Part shown: piece after piece, positions 1 through 9,063 of the stretch | Layout of the letters: the number at the start of each line of letters is the position of its first letter | Position numbering within the stretch: the first letter of the stretch is position 1 | Source of the DNA: Spirochaetia bacterium | GTDB taxonomy: Bacteria; Spirochaetota; Spirochaetia; SZUA-6; Bin103 | DNA length: 64,000 nt | Direction: 5' to 3' | Assembly (NCBI GenBank): GCA_965208575.1 | Contig: CBDBOV010000005.1 | Coordinates: 1 to 64,000, forward strand | Translations under genes and position numbers: made by a program | The notes under the pieces: generated by a model | Databases searched by the model: none | The model's input: the letters and a program-made list of their open reading frames with translations, nothing else | What the model was told of the DNA's origin: nothing

Positions 1-1337
1 AACTGACGGCCCACGACATAGTATTCAACTTCCACCGCATGGTGGGCATGGGCGACTTCACCGAAACCGGACCTACCCCCTTTGACGGCGCTGCCCCAAT
101 TAAGAACATCCCATGGGAATCGATAACGGCCAGCGACGATTCGACGGTGGTGATGAAGCTGACGGAGCCACACCTCCCTGCGGCCAGTAGAATCCTCACC
201 CACTGGTTTGTGTACATCATGCCTCCCGAGGTAATCGAGCAACATGGCGACGTTCGGGACTGGAGGAACTTCGTCGGCACCGGCCCCTTTATGCTGACTG
301 ACATAGTCGAGGGGGCCAGTCTGACCTATACCAAGAATCCAGACTACTGGGGCTTTGACGAAAAGTACCCCGAGAACCGCTTGCCCTACGTTGACGAGGT
401 AACGCGAGTGGAGTTTCCAGAGGAAGCATCAGCCCTGGCGGCACTACGCTCAGGCAGGATCGATTTTATACCTTGGCGTAATGTGGACGCGAAATTGAAC
501 ATCGAGGACACCAACCCCGAGATCGTGGCACACAGGTTTTCCAATCGGTCGAATGATTCTCTTGCTCCTGACCATCGCAAGCCACCCTTTGACGACATCA
601 ACGTGCGCCGTGCCATGCAGATGGCGCTGGACAACGAGAACATCGCGGCGACGTACTGGAAGGGCCTTGCAGACCCGACACCGCAAGGGCTGATAGCGGT
701 GGAAGGGTATCACATCCCCTTCAAGGAGTGGGACGAAGAGGTCAAGCAATACTACCGGTATGACCCGGAAGCTGCCGAGAAGCTCCTTGATGAGGCCGGG
801 TATCCGCGCGGTGCTGACGGCACGAGATTCAAGACCACACTGAACCACGGATCCTTTGCCAGCGTAGACTATGCAGAAATAGCTGCCGCCTACTGGGCGG
901 AGATTGGCGTCGAGGTCGAAGTCGATGTTCTGAGCGGCGCCGAATATCACGAGAGGCTATTCGGGCGTAGCGGGGAAGGCATGTACAGTGCCATTGCGGG
1001 CACTCTCTATGACCCAACCCAGTCGGGAGGCTGGTATCACACGGACTCGCAGTGGAACCGCGGCGGATCGCAGTGGCCTGAGTTGGACGCCATGATCGAC
1101 GCCGCCCTGAGCGCTGGTACCGTTGCGGAGCAGCAGAGGCTGATTGCCGAGGCCGATGAGTACGCGATGTCGCGGCACTGGCTGATATGGGGTCCCAAGA
1201 CTCCCATGTATTTTATGGCTCAGCCGTGGCTCATCGGCTTCAATGGTGAAGCTAACCTGTTCGGCAACGGCGAACCTCTTTTCGTATTTGCCCGCCTCTG
1301 GATCGACAGTGCGTTGAAGACAGAAATGGGCCTCTGA
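1..1337 (+). CDS. ABC transporter substrate-binding protein, family 5 (peptide/nickel); 5'-truncated by the window edge
   Basis: Motifs VGTGPF, KNPDYWG, PPFDDINVRRAMQMALD, YDPEAAEKLLDEAG; paralogous to the split SBP at 19693-23035. Confidence 0.9.
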   Translation, partial: LTAHDIVFNFHRMVGMGDFTETGPTPFDGAAPIKNIPWESITASDDSTVVMKLTEPHLPAASRILTHWFVYIMPPEVIEQHGDVRDWRNFVGTGPFMLTDIVEGASLTYTKNPDYWGFDEKYPENRLPYVDEVTRVEFPEEASALAALRSGRIDFIPWRNVDAKLNIEDTNPEIVAHRFSNRSNDSLAPDHRKPPFDDINVRRAMQMALDNENIAATYWKGLADPTPQGLIAVEGYHIPFKEWDEEVKQYYRYDPEAAEKLLDEAGYPRGADGTRFKTTLNHGSFASVDYAEIAAAYWAEIGVEVEVDVLSGAEYHERLFGRSGEGMYSAIAGTLYDPTQSGGWYHTDSQWNRGGSQWPELDAMIDAALSAGTVAEQQRLIAEADEYAMSRHWLIWGPKTPMYFMAQPWLIGFNGEANLFGNGEPLFVFARLWIDSALKTEMGL

Positions 1338-1421
1338 TTCAATCGCCTTCTGGGCGATTGAATCGTTAACCGGCTTCGGCATTGGCTCGGCGTGGACCTC
1401 GCCTGAGGGCGGGGTCCACGC
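1336..1421 (+). promoter_or_regulatory. Two tandem stem-loops between SBP and permease (mRNA stabiliser or partial terminator)
   Basis: Perfect 12-bp IR GATTCAATCGCC-ttctg-GGCGATTGAATC (1336-1364), then GCGTGGACCTCGCC-tgag-GGCGGGGTCCACGC (~1390-1421). Confidence 0.6.
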
Positions 1422-1499
1422 ATCAATTCGCCCCTGCGGATGCTCAATGCAGCAGCGCCGGGAGCGCCGCTTTCCGAGCCGCCCTATCACCACGAAGAT

Positions 1500-2456
1500 A
1501 TGCGGGCCTACATCATCCGACGGTTACTGCTGATCGTCCCGACCCTGCTCATCTTGAGCATGCTGGTCTTTCTCTCGGTGCGCTTCATCCCCGGCGATGC
1601 CATAGACGCGATGTTGGGTAAGCAGGAATTCATGGTGAACGTAGATCGCGAAGCGATCGAGCACATGCTCGGTCTGGATGTGCCCGTCCACGTGCAGTAT
1701 GGACGCTGGATCGGAGGTATCCTCCGCCACGGCAGCCTCGGCCACTCACTGTTTGACAGCCGCGGAGCGGTGGAGGAGAAGATAGTCGGCAGGCTGCCGG
1801 TTACCATCGAGCTCGGTGTGCTGGCAATCCTCATTGGGCTGCTGATCGCGCTGCCGGTCGGGATCTACTCGGCGATGCGCCAGGATACTGCCGCCGACTA
1901 TGTGGGGCGCTCGGTCGCCATCATCGGCCTGGCTACGCCCAACTTCTGGCTGGGACTTATGGTCGTGCTCTACCCGGCAATCTGGTGGGGCTGGTCGCCG
2001 CCGATGCAGTGGGTCCCTTTCAGCGAAGACCCGCTGCGGAATCTCGGGATGTTGATCCTCCCCAGCCTGATTCTGGGCACGGCGCTGGCTGCCGCCACTA
2101 TGCGCATGACGCGCACCATGATGCTGGAGGTGCTCCGCCAGGACTACATCCGCACCGCCTGGTCCAAAGGTCTCAGGGAGCGAGTGGTTGTCGTGCGGCA
2201 CGCCCTCAAGAACGCCCTCATCCCGGTGGTGTCGCTGATCGGCCTGCAGTTGCCGATCCTGGTAGGTGGCTCCGTCATCATGGAGAACATCTTCAACCTG
2301 CCGGGATTGGGTCGTCTCATGGTGGTTGCGCTGGAAGATCGAGACTACCCGGTGGTCTCCGGAGTCAACCTGTTCTTCGCCACCGCGGTGGTGCTGTTCA
2401 ATCTCCTGATCGACCTGCTCTATTCCTATCTGGACCCGAGGATGCGCTATGAATAA
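1500..2456 (+). CDS. ABC peptide transporter permease, DppB/OppB-like
   Basis: MRAYIIRRLL start, DYIRTAWSKGL EAA loop, LDPRMRY end; ATG 1500 preferred over ORF start 1440. Confidence 0.92.
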   Translation: MRAYIIRRLLLIVPTLLILSMLVFLSVRFIPGDAIDAMLGKQEFMVNVDREAIEHMLGLDVPVHVQYGRWIGGILRHGSLGHSLFDSRGAVEEKIVGRLPVTIELGVLAILIGLLIALPVGIYSAMRQDTAADYVGRSVAIIGLATPNFWLGLMVVLYPAIWWGWSPPMQWVPFSEDPLRNLGMLILPSLILGTALAAATMRMTRTMMLEVLRQDYIRTAWSKGLRERVVVVRHALKNALIPVVSLIGLQLPILVGGSVIMENIFNLPGLGRLMVVALEDRDYPVVSGVNLFFATAVVLFNLLIDLLYSYLDPRMRYE

Positions 2457-2462
2457 AGCTTC

Positions 2463-3377
2463 TTGGCTGGACCCGCGAGTGGGCTGTCTATGTATGAGGC
2501 GCGGGGGCCGTTTGCCGATTTCTTCGGCAGGTTGTGGCGGGAGAAGCCGCTGGGCATCGCCAGCGGCATCGTCATCGTGATCCTGATTCTGTTGGCGATC
2601 TTTGCCGAAGTTCTGGCCCCCTATCCCTTCGATCAACTGAACCTGGCAGAACGGCTGCAGGGCTCATCGACCCGCCATCTGCTGGGGACCGACCAGTTGG
2701 GCCGCGACCTGTTGAGCCGTCTGCTGTTCGGGGCGCGCATCTCGCTGGTCGTTGGTCTGGCGGCGACCACGCTGAATGTGGTGGTCGCCACCCTGATCGG
2801 CGGCACGTCCGGATTCCTCGGGGGTAAGCTGGACCTGGCGGTGCAGCGCTTCGTCGATGCCTGGATGGCGTTCCCGGGTCTGCTGCTGCTGCTCACGATC
2901 ATGTCGATCGCGGGGCAGGGTCTGCCACAGATCATCGTGGTGCTGGGGATCGCCGGCGGCGTGGGCGGCTCGCGCGTGGTCAGAGGCGCGGTGGTGGCCA
3001 CGAAGGGCAACGACTACTTCCTGGCAGCCAAGGCCGTGGGCGCGCCCACCACGCAGATCCTGGTGCGCCATGTCCTGCCCAATATCGTGGCGCCCCTCAT
3101 CATCGTCTTCAGCATCAACGTCGGCGGCGTCATCCTGGCCGAGGCCTCGTTGAGCTTCCTGGGATTCGGGCTGCCCATCAAGGTGCCGAGCTGGGGAGGG
3201 ATGCTCAGCCGGGAGGGGCGGCGGTTCATGGAGCAGGCGCCATGGCTGGCGCTGTGGCCCGGGGTGTGCCTGACGCTGGTGGTGTACAGCTTCAACATGC
3301 TGGGCGATGCCATGCGCGACCTGCTCGACCCGCGCCTGCGCGGCAGCGGCGGCCGCCTCGACACCGGCGCTCCCTGA
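2463..3377 (+). CDS. ABC peptide transporter permease, DppC/OppC-like (start uncertain, possibly ATG 2490)
   Basis: HLLGTDQLGRDLLSR, RHVLPN, EASLSFLGFG, GDAMRDLLDPR. Confidence 0.92.
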   Translation: MAGPASGLSMYEARGPFADFFGRLWREKPLGIASGIVIVILILLAIFAEVLAPYPFDQLNLAERLQGSSTRHLLGTDQLGRDLLSRLLFGARISLVVGLAATTLNVVVATLIGGTSGFLGGKLDLAVQRFVDAWMAFPGLLLLLTIMSIAGQGLPQIIVVLGIAGGVGGSRVVRGAVVATKGNDYFLAAKAVGAPTTQILVRHVLPNIVAPLIIVFSINVGGVILAEASLSFLGFGLPIKVPSWGGMLSREGRRFMEQAPWLALWPGVCLTLVVYSFNMLGDAMRDLLDPRLRGSGGRLDTGAP

Positions 3378-3396
3378 CCGTTCTAGCCAGAGAGGG

Positions 3397-4052
3397 TCAT
3401 GACGGCGGTGGGTCGGGGGCGGGAAGCAGACCGAGCCGATAGTAGGCGTCGACCGTGGCGCGGATGGTGGCGTCGGCGCCGTGGGGAGCCAGGCCCAGTT
3501 CCTGCATCGCCAGCAGGCAATAGGAGCGCGGCTTGTCGTAGGTTGGTTCCGCGGGCCGATGGCCTTGCCGATCACCCCGCATCTCCTCGCCACCCACCGC
3601 GGCAACCCCGGGATAGAGTTCCTGCAGGCGCTGTTGGAGCTGCCAGGTGAACAACTCGCCGGTACGATCGCGAGCCGCGAGGATGTAGCGCGCGCCATTC
3701 GCGGCCGAGGTGCATTCGGCGGCGAGACGGTGGGCAGAGGCCACGTCGCGCACGTCGACGATGTTCCACAACATGCGGCCTCCCGTGGTCTTCTGATACT
3801 GCCTGCCCGCCATCATGAAACCGATCCACTGCTGCCAACTGTTCCTCTGGTCGTGGTTGGCACACATCAGCGGGCCGATGACGTGCACCGGCAGGATCGC
3901 CATTGCCGCGAAGCTGCCGTCGTCGGCGGCCGCCTGGTAGATCATGCGCTCGGTGGCGGCCTTGGCCATGGCGTAGGCCAGGTCGCGGTTCTCGGAAATG
4001 CGATCCGCGGTCCACGTGCCCTCGTACGCGTCGACGTTGTCGCCGCACCAGT
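3397..4052 (-). pseudogene. C-terminal half of an extended SDR (NAD-dependent epimerase/dehydratase)
   Basis: YAMAKAATE (YxxxK), VHVIGP and VDVRDVASAH are present; N-terminal GxxGxxG Rossmann motif and start are absent. Confidence 0.65.
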
Positions 4053-4138
4053 CCCTCGCTCCTGCGTCGGGAGGCCCTCCAGTTGCCAAGGTCAGGCAAC
4101 CGGCTACGATGCAGGCATGCGGCCGGCCGCCGACGTGC

Positions 4139-4384
4139 CTACGTAGACGAATTCGCCTCCAGCTGCTGCTTGAGCCGGCCAAATGTGGCCTCGTCGATTC
4201 CGGTGGCCGCTGCTATCGTGGCCCACGGGACATTCCGGTCCAGCAATCCCTCGATGGTGCTCACCTGAGTCATCAGTACGCCTTCCTGCCGGCCTTCCTG
4301 CCGGCCTTCCTGCCGGCCCTCCTGCCGTGCTTCCTGCTGTACCACCTCGCCGTAGATCTCAAGCATCTCCTGCGTCTTGTTCAT
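4139..4384 (-). CDS. Putative internally translated small Rpn protein (RpnS-like antitoxin), 81 aa
   Basis: In-frame ATG at 4384 preceded by GGAGGTGGAGAATTG, a strong SD-like sequence. Confidence 0.55.
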   Translation of the reverse strand: MNKTQEMLEIYGEVVQQEARQEGRQEGRQEGRQEGVLMTQVSTIEGLLDRNVPWATIAAATGIDEATFGRLKQQLEANSST

Positions 4385-5125
4385 CAATTCTCCACCTCCC
4401 GGTACATGTCGCCGTACCGCGTCCGCGAATCTTTGCCAGCGCTCCGGTTGCCTCGTCGTAGCCGCCATGTACACTACGATCTGCCTCAGTTCGTCTGTTC
4501 CCCCGACCTGCACCAACTCCGCCATCAGCGGCACCAACCGCCGCATCACCGGCCAGCTCGTCCGGTACGCCGCCATCAGCGCCAGTTGTGCGATGCGACC
4601 GCGCAGTTCACCGTGCAACCCATCCGGCCCCACCTTCGTCTGGTCGACCAACAAATGCGCGTAGCGCGGCACTCCCGGCCAGCCTCGAACTTCCGGGGAG
4701 AACAGCTCCGAGAACTCGCGTGCGGGGCTCCAGCGGTGGCGGCCCTGATACAACACCAGCGGCACTATCGGACGCAGGTGCTGCTCATCCGGATGCTGCT
4801 TCCGATCCCGTTCCCAGATCCTGATACTGTACTTCAGCAGCCGCAACCGCAACCAGGGGTCCGGCGTCGACTGGTGCTCCAGCAACACGTACAGCCATAC
4901 CGGCGTGTCATCAGCCTTGCGCTGGACCGCGTACAGCAGGTCCGATTCGCTGTCGCGTAACCGGTCGTCGATGAAACTGACCTCCTGCCGCTTGAGGCTC
5001 GACCACCGCAATTCGCTGTTGACCGCCTGCGGCAGGTGCGCGCGCAGCAAGCCGGCCGCCTCGTTTTCCTCTTGGAACACCGATCGGAACAAGTGATCGT
5101 GCGGCTTGGAGACCTCGCCGGCCAT
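4139..5125 (-). CDS. Rpn-family recombination-promoting nuclease / YhgA-like putative transposase (PD-(D/E)XK)
   Basis: KPHDHLFRSVF, SFIDDRLRDSESDLLY, LLEHQS, PIVPLVLYQG, C-terminal (QEGR)n repeats; ATG 5125. Confidence 0.9.
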   Translation of the reverse strand: MAGEVSKPHDHLFRSVFQEENEAAGLLRAHLPQAVNSELRWSSLKRQEVSFIDDRLRDSESDLLYAVQRKADDTPVWLYVLLEHQSTPDPWLRLRLLKYSIRIWERDRKQHPDEQHLRPIVPLVLYQGRHRWSPAREFSELFSPEVRGWPGVPRYAHLLVDQTKVGPDGLHGELRGRIAQLALMAAYRTSWPVMRRLVPLMAELVQVGGTDELRQIVVYMAATTRQPERWQRFADAVRRHVPGGGELMNKTQEMLEIYGEVVQQEARQEGRQEGRQEGRQEGVLMTQVSTIEGLLDRNVPWATIAAATGIDEATFGRLKQQLEANSST

Positions 5126-5436
5126 GACGACGGCGGCACGGTATTGCCTTCCGCGAGTCGCTGTCAACGTCACACGCGCACCGCCAAGTGCTGGCCGTGC
5201 TTCCCGTTCCTTCCTGTTTCGGTTGACGGCGGCAACGGTGCCAACTACATTACGCTCTTTCCGGGTTCGCAACCCGGTGCGCGGCACGACGGTTCATTCG
5301 TCACGAACACGCTCGACGGCGGTCCGGGTGACACGAAACCCGTTCCGCATGCGACCAGACGCACACTTCTCAGAATGAGTTACCACGAGAGCAGGATCGG
5401 ACCCGCTCGGGCCGGCCGAGCAGGGGTTGCGGGGCG

Positions 5437-6822
5437 ATGATCCGCGCCGCTGGACGGAGGCGGTGGCCGTGGCGCTGGTTGCGTGGCTGGTTCCGCAGTC
5501 ATCGCACGCACATCGACCGCCGGCTGCACGTGGAGGTGGGCCGCGGCGCCATTGCCCGCTACGTGGTCAGCCAGAAGGATCTGCCGGCGTTTCGGTTCGT
5601 GGATCTGTATCGCGCGATCGACACTCATCTGGCCCCGGTCGACGACGTGCGAAGCATCGAGTCCGACAACAGCGAGAGCCTGAACAAGCTGTTGCACGGC
5701 CCCGGCAATCGCTGGGATTCGCGCCGAATCACCAAGTCCCCGCGCACGGCTTGGACCGTCGGCCCCGATGAAGAGGTCTTCCTCCCGATCGATCGCTACT
5801 GGATCTTTCCCGAGGGCGCGGCGTCCGCTCGGGCCATCATCCGCCTGCGCTACGACCGGGAGCACGAAACGGCGGTACTCGCGTTGGCGGGGATCGACTC
5901 GGATCGGGTCGACGCGCTGCTCAAGCGGCTGATCGCCGACAGCATCGCCACCTCGATCTATCGCGAACGGCTGCTCACCCTGTCCTTCGAATCGGGAGCG
6001 CGCGATCAGTTTGGCGATGTCGAGAAGGCGGAGCGCCTGCGGGTCAGCTTCGCGGTGGCCGCGCCGGTGTCGCGGCGCGAATTCGTGGTCGACCAGGAAC
6101 TGCACAAGTTGCTGTGGCGCAACGTCGTGGATCTCCACGAGCGGCGCCAGGTTCTCAAGACGCACGGCGTCCCGATCCGCCGCGGAGTCCTGCTGTACGG
6201 ACCGCCGGGTACCGGGAAGACGTTCGCCTGCCGCTACCTCTGCGGGCAGTTGCCCGACACCACCCGCATCGTGGTTGCCGGCAGCGCGCTGAACCGGATC
6301 GGCCAGCTGTTCGATTTCGCCCGTACCTATCAACCGTCGCTGGTGATCCTGGAGGACGTCGATCTGGCCTTCGCCGCCCGCGACATCAGTCTCTACTCCT
6401 CGTCGCTCGGCGATCTGCTCGACCGGATGGATGGCCTGCGCCCGTCCGACGACGTTGGGGTGATCCTTACCACCAATTCGATCGAACGTCTGGAAGCCGC
6501 GATCAAGGACCGTCCGGGGCGCATCAGCCAGTGCGTGTACTTCGGACCGCCCGGCGACACGTTGCGCCGCCGCTACCTGGAGCAGTACGCCAGGGAGTAC
6601 GACTGCGCCGCGACCGACGTGGAGCGGCTGGTCGCGATGAGCGATGGGGCGACCCCGGCGTTCATCAAGGAGTGGGTCCATCGCACGGTGCAGATTGCGA
6701 CCGAGGATCTGGACGGCGAGGCGCCCCTGCGCCTGTCGCAGGACGATTTCCAGGAGGCGTTCGACGAGATGAAGCGCGCGGGCGACTCATCGGCCCGCAT
6801 CGTCGGCTTCCTTGCGGAGTAG
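5437..6822 (+). CDS. Single-domain AAA+ ATPase with unassigned N-terminal region
   Basis: Walker A GPPGTGKT, Walker B ILEDVD, sensor TTN, Arg finger DRPGR. Confidence 0.85.
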   Translation: MIRAAGRRRWPWRWLRGWFRSHRTHIDRRLHVEVGRGAIARYVVSQKDLPAFRFVDLYRAIDTHLAPVDDVRSIESDNSESLNKLLHGPGNRWDSRRITKSPRTAWTVGPDEEVFLPIDRYWIFPEGAASARAIIRLRYDREHETAVLALAGIDSDRVDALLKRLIADSIATSIYRERLLTLSFESGARDQFGDVEKAERLRVSFAVAAPVSRREFVVDQELHKLLWRNVVDLHERRQVLKTHGVPIRRGVLLYGPPGTGKTFACRYLCGQLPDTTRIVVAGSALNRIGQLFDFARTYQPSLVILEDVDLAFAARDISLYSSSLGDLLDRMDGLRPSDDVGVILTTNSIERLEAAIKDRPGRISQCVYFGPPGDTLRRRYLEQYAREYDCAATDVERLVAMSDGATPAFIKEWVHRTVQIATEDLDGEAPLRLSQDDFQEAFDEMKRAGDSSARIVGFLAE

Positions 6823-6888
6823 CCTTCCCGAATGTCAGCGAGGCGCCGCGGCTTGTCATCCGGTGCGGCTGCCTCTACCATGCGACTC

Positions 6889-7485
6889 ATGACGGCGCAG
6901 GCGGAAGTGAACGCGCTGGTCGAGGAAGCACTGCCCCAAGGGGGCTGGGGCGACGACGACTATCTCTGGCTGACGGACCACGGACGCCGGCTCGTGGAGT
7001 TCACCGATGGATACCTGGAGGTATTGCCGATGCCGTCCCGCGAGCATCAGAGGATCGTCGCGTTTCTCTACACCATGCTGCACGGCTACCTCCGGCAGAC
7101 CGGCGGCGAGGTCTTGTTCGCGCCCCTGCGCCTGCGGATCCGCGAGGGCAAGTTTCGTGAACCGGACCTGGTGCTGCTCCGCGATTCCGAAGACGTGCGC
7201 AGCGGCGAACGCTTCTGGACCGGGGCCGACCTGGTGATCGAGGTGGTCAGCCCGGACGACCCGAGCCGCGACTTCGTGCGGAAGCGCGGCGACTACGCCG
7301 AAGCGGCCATTCCCGAGTACTGGATCGTCGAACCCGGCACCGAGACGATCACCGTGCTCACCCTCGCCGACGGTGCATACGTGGAGCGCGGCGTGTTCGA
7401 GCGCGAGGCACTTGCGGCGTCCGGGATTCTTGATGGCTTCGGCGTTGCCGTCGACGCCGTGCTGCAGGCGGGCGAGTCCGCATAA
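6889..7485 (+). CDS. Uma2 (DUF820) family endonuclease
   Basis: LPMPSREHQ, REPDL, DLVIEVVSP, KRGDYAEAAIPEYWIVEP. Confidence 0.88.
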   Translation: MTAQAEVNALVEEALPQGGWGDDDYLWLTDHGRRLVEFTDGYLEVLPMPSREHQRIVAFLYTMLHGYLRQTGGEVLFAPLRLRIREGKFREPDLVLLRDSEDVRSGERFWTGADLVIEVVSPDDPSRDFVRKRGDYAEAAIPEYWIVEPGTETITVLTLADGAYVERGVFEREALAASGILDGFGVAVDAVLQAGESA

Positions 7486-7679
7486 TCGCCACCGGCGCCA
7501 CGCGGCGCCGCCGCCTCCAGCTTGTCGAGTTCGGCGAGTTCGGCGAGTGGTTCCTTGACATCGGGCATGCCTCACCCTACCCTGCCACGGTCCCGCCGCC
7601 CATCACCGGGCGCCGCGGACACATTCAGGATGACCCTCTTGCAACGAGTCGCTCTACTGGCCGCAGCCAGAACCGTGCC

Positions 7680-7898
7680 TTCGAGATCCACTTCGCCGAC
7701 TGGTGGCTGCCGGTGCAGTACATGCACATCTACGGCCCGGCGTTCTTCAGCGTGACGGCGTTCGGCTGGCACAACTGGATCGCCACCGACGGCGAGGCCG
7801 GCACCGAGCCGCCCGACGACGTGAAACGGCTGTACGAGCTGAAGGAGATCATGCAGTCCACCGGCGACGCCGCCGAGCAGTGGTTCTGGAAGGAGTAG
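7680..7898 (+). pseudogene. 3' relic of a family-5 SBP gene with an internal deletion
   Basis: FADWWLP...GTEPPDDVKRLYELKEIMQSTGDAAEQWFWKE aligns with the C-terminus of SBP 29304-31262, minus about 50-55 aa. Confidence 0.75.
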
Positions 7899-7981
7899 CC
7901 GGGGACTGAGGAGTCCGCCGCGCGCGGCCGGGGTGCAGCTCCCGGCACGCGCGGCGCCGACCTGCCCGGAGCGCCGCCGGA

Positions 7982-8977
7982 ATGCTGGACTATGTGACCC
8001 GCCGCTTCGTGTACATGCTGCTGATGATCGCGGCCATGTCGCTGGTGGCGTTCATCATCATCCAGCTCCCGCCCGGCGACTACCTGACCATGTACGTGCG
8101 GCAACTGGAGGCGAGCGGCGAGATACTGGACGAGTCCGAGATCGAATCGCTGCGCCGCCAGTACGGCCTCGACCAGCCGCAGCACGTCCGCTACCTGAAG
8201 TGGGTGGGCGGCATGTTCCGCGGCGACTTCGGGCGCTCGGTGCAGTGGCACAAGTCGGTGATCGACCTGGTCGGCGAGCGGCTGCTGCTCACCATCGTGA
8301 TCAGCCTCGGCGCCACGCTGTTCACCTACGCGGTGGCGGTCTCGGTGGGGATCTACTCCGCCACCCACCAGTACTCGCTGTTCGACTACTCGGTCACGAT
8401 AGTGGGCTTCGTGGGGCTGGCCACGCCCAACTTCCTGCTCGCCCTGGTGCTGATGATCGTGTTCAACAACGCCTTCGGCGTCTCCATCGGCGGGCTGTTC
8501 TCGCCGGAGTATTCCACCGCGCCGTGGTCGCTGGGCAAGGTGTGGGACATGATCAAGCACCTGCCGGTGCCGATCATCGTGCTCGGCACCGCCGGCACCG
8601 CGGGGGTGATCCGGGTGATGCGCGGCATGCTGCTCGACGAGTTGCGCAAGCAGTATGTGATCACCGCCCGCACCAAGGGGCTGTCGGAGAGCCGGCTGCT
8701 GTTCCGCTACCCGGTGCGGCTGGCCCTGAACCCGATCGTCAGCACGGTGGGCTGGGTGCTGCCGGCGATCGTCTCCGGCGACACCATAACCGCCCTGGTG
8801 CTGAGCCTGCCCACGGTCGGCCCGCTGCTGTTCCGCGCCCTGCTCACCGAGGACATGTACCTGGCCGGCACCATCGTCATGTTCCTGTGCTTCCTGACCA
8901 TCATCGGCATGTTCGTCTCCGACATGGTGCTCGCCGCCATCGACCCCCGCATCCGCTTCGAACGAGCCCAGACCTGA
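7982..8977 (+). CDS. ABC permease, DppB-like
   Basis: IIQLPPGDYL, QYVITARTKGL, IDPRIR. Confidence 0.92.
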   Translation: MLDYVTRRFVYMLLMIAAMSLVAFIIIQLPPGDYLTMYVRQLEASGEILDESEIESLRRQYGLDQPQHVRYLKWVGGMFRGDFGRSVQWHKSVIDLVGERLLLTIVISLGATLFTYAVAVSVGIYSATHQYSLFDYSVTIVGFVGLATPNFLLALVLMIVFNNAFGVSIGGLFSPEYSTAPWSLGKVWDMIKHLPVPIIVLGTAGTAGVIRVMRGMLLDELRKQYVITARTKGLSESRLLFRYPVRLALNPIVSTVGWVLPAIVSGDTITALVLSLPTVGPLLFRALLTEDMYLAGTIVMFLCFLTIIGMFVSDMVLAAIDPRIRFERAQT

Positions 8978-9001
8978 CGGCCCGGCCCGCCGGACCATCA
9001 C

Positions 9002-9029
9002 TTGCGGGGCGCTGCCGGGATGCTATCAT
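9002..9029 (+). promoter_or_regulatory. Candidate sigma70 promoter for the SBP
   Basis: TTGCGG-16 nt-TATCAT with extended -10 TG; SD GAGGAGG upstream of ATG 9064. Confidence 0.4.
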
Positions 9030-9063
9030 GTCCCGTCAGCAACACCCACGTGAGGAGGCGCCC

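Noticed and set aside
4281-4336. 12-bp tandem repeats (CCTTCCTGCCGG) as a CRISPR-like array
   Set aside because: No spacers; they encode the QEGR repeats typical of Rpn C-termini.
5261-5277. CCGGG-TTCGCAA-CCCGG resembling a tRNA T-arm or att site
   Set aside because: The loop lacks the conserved A58, and no acceptor, D or anticodon arms could be built.
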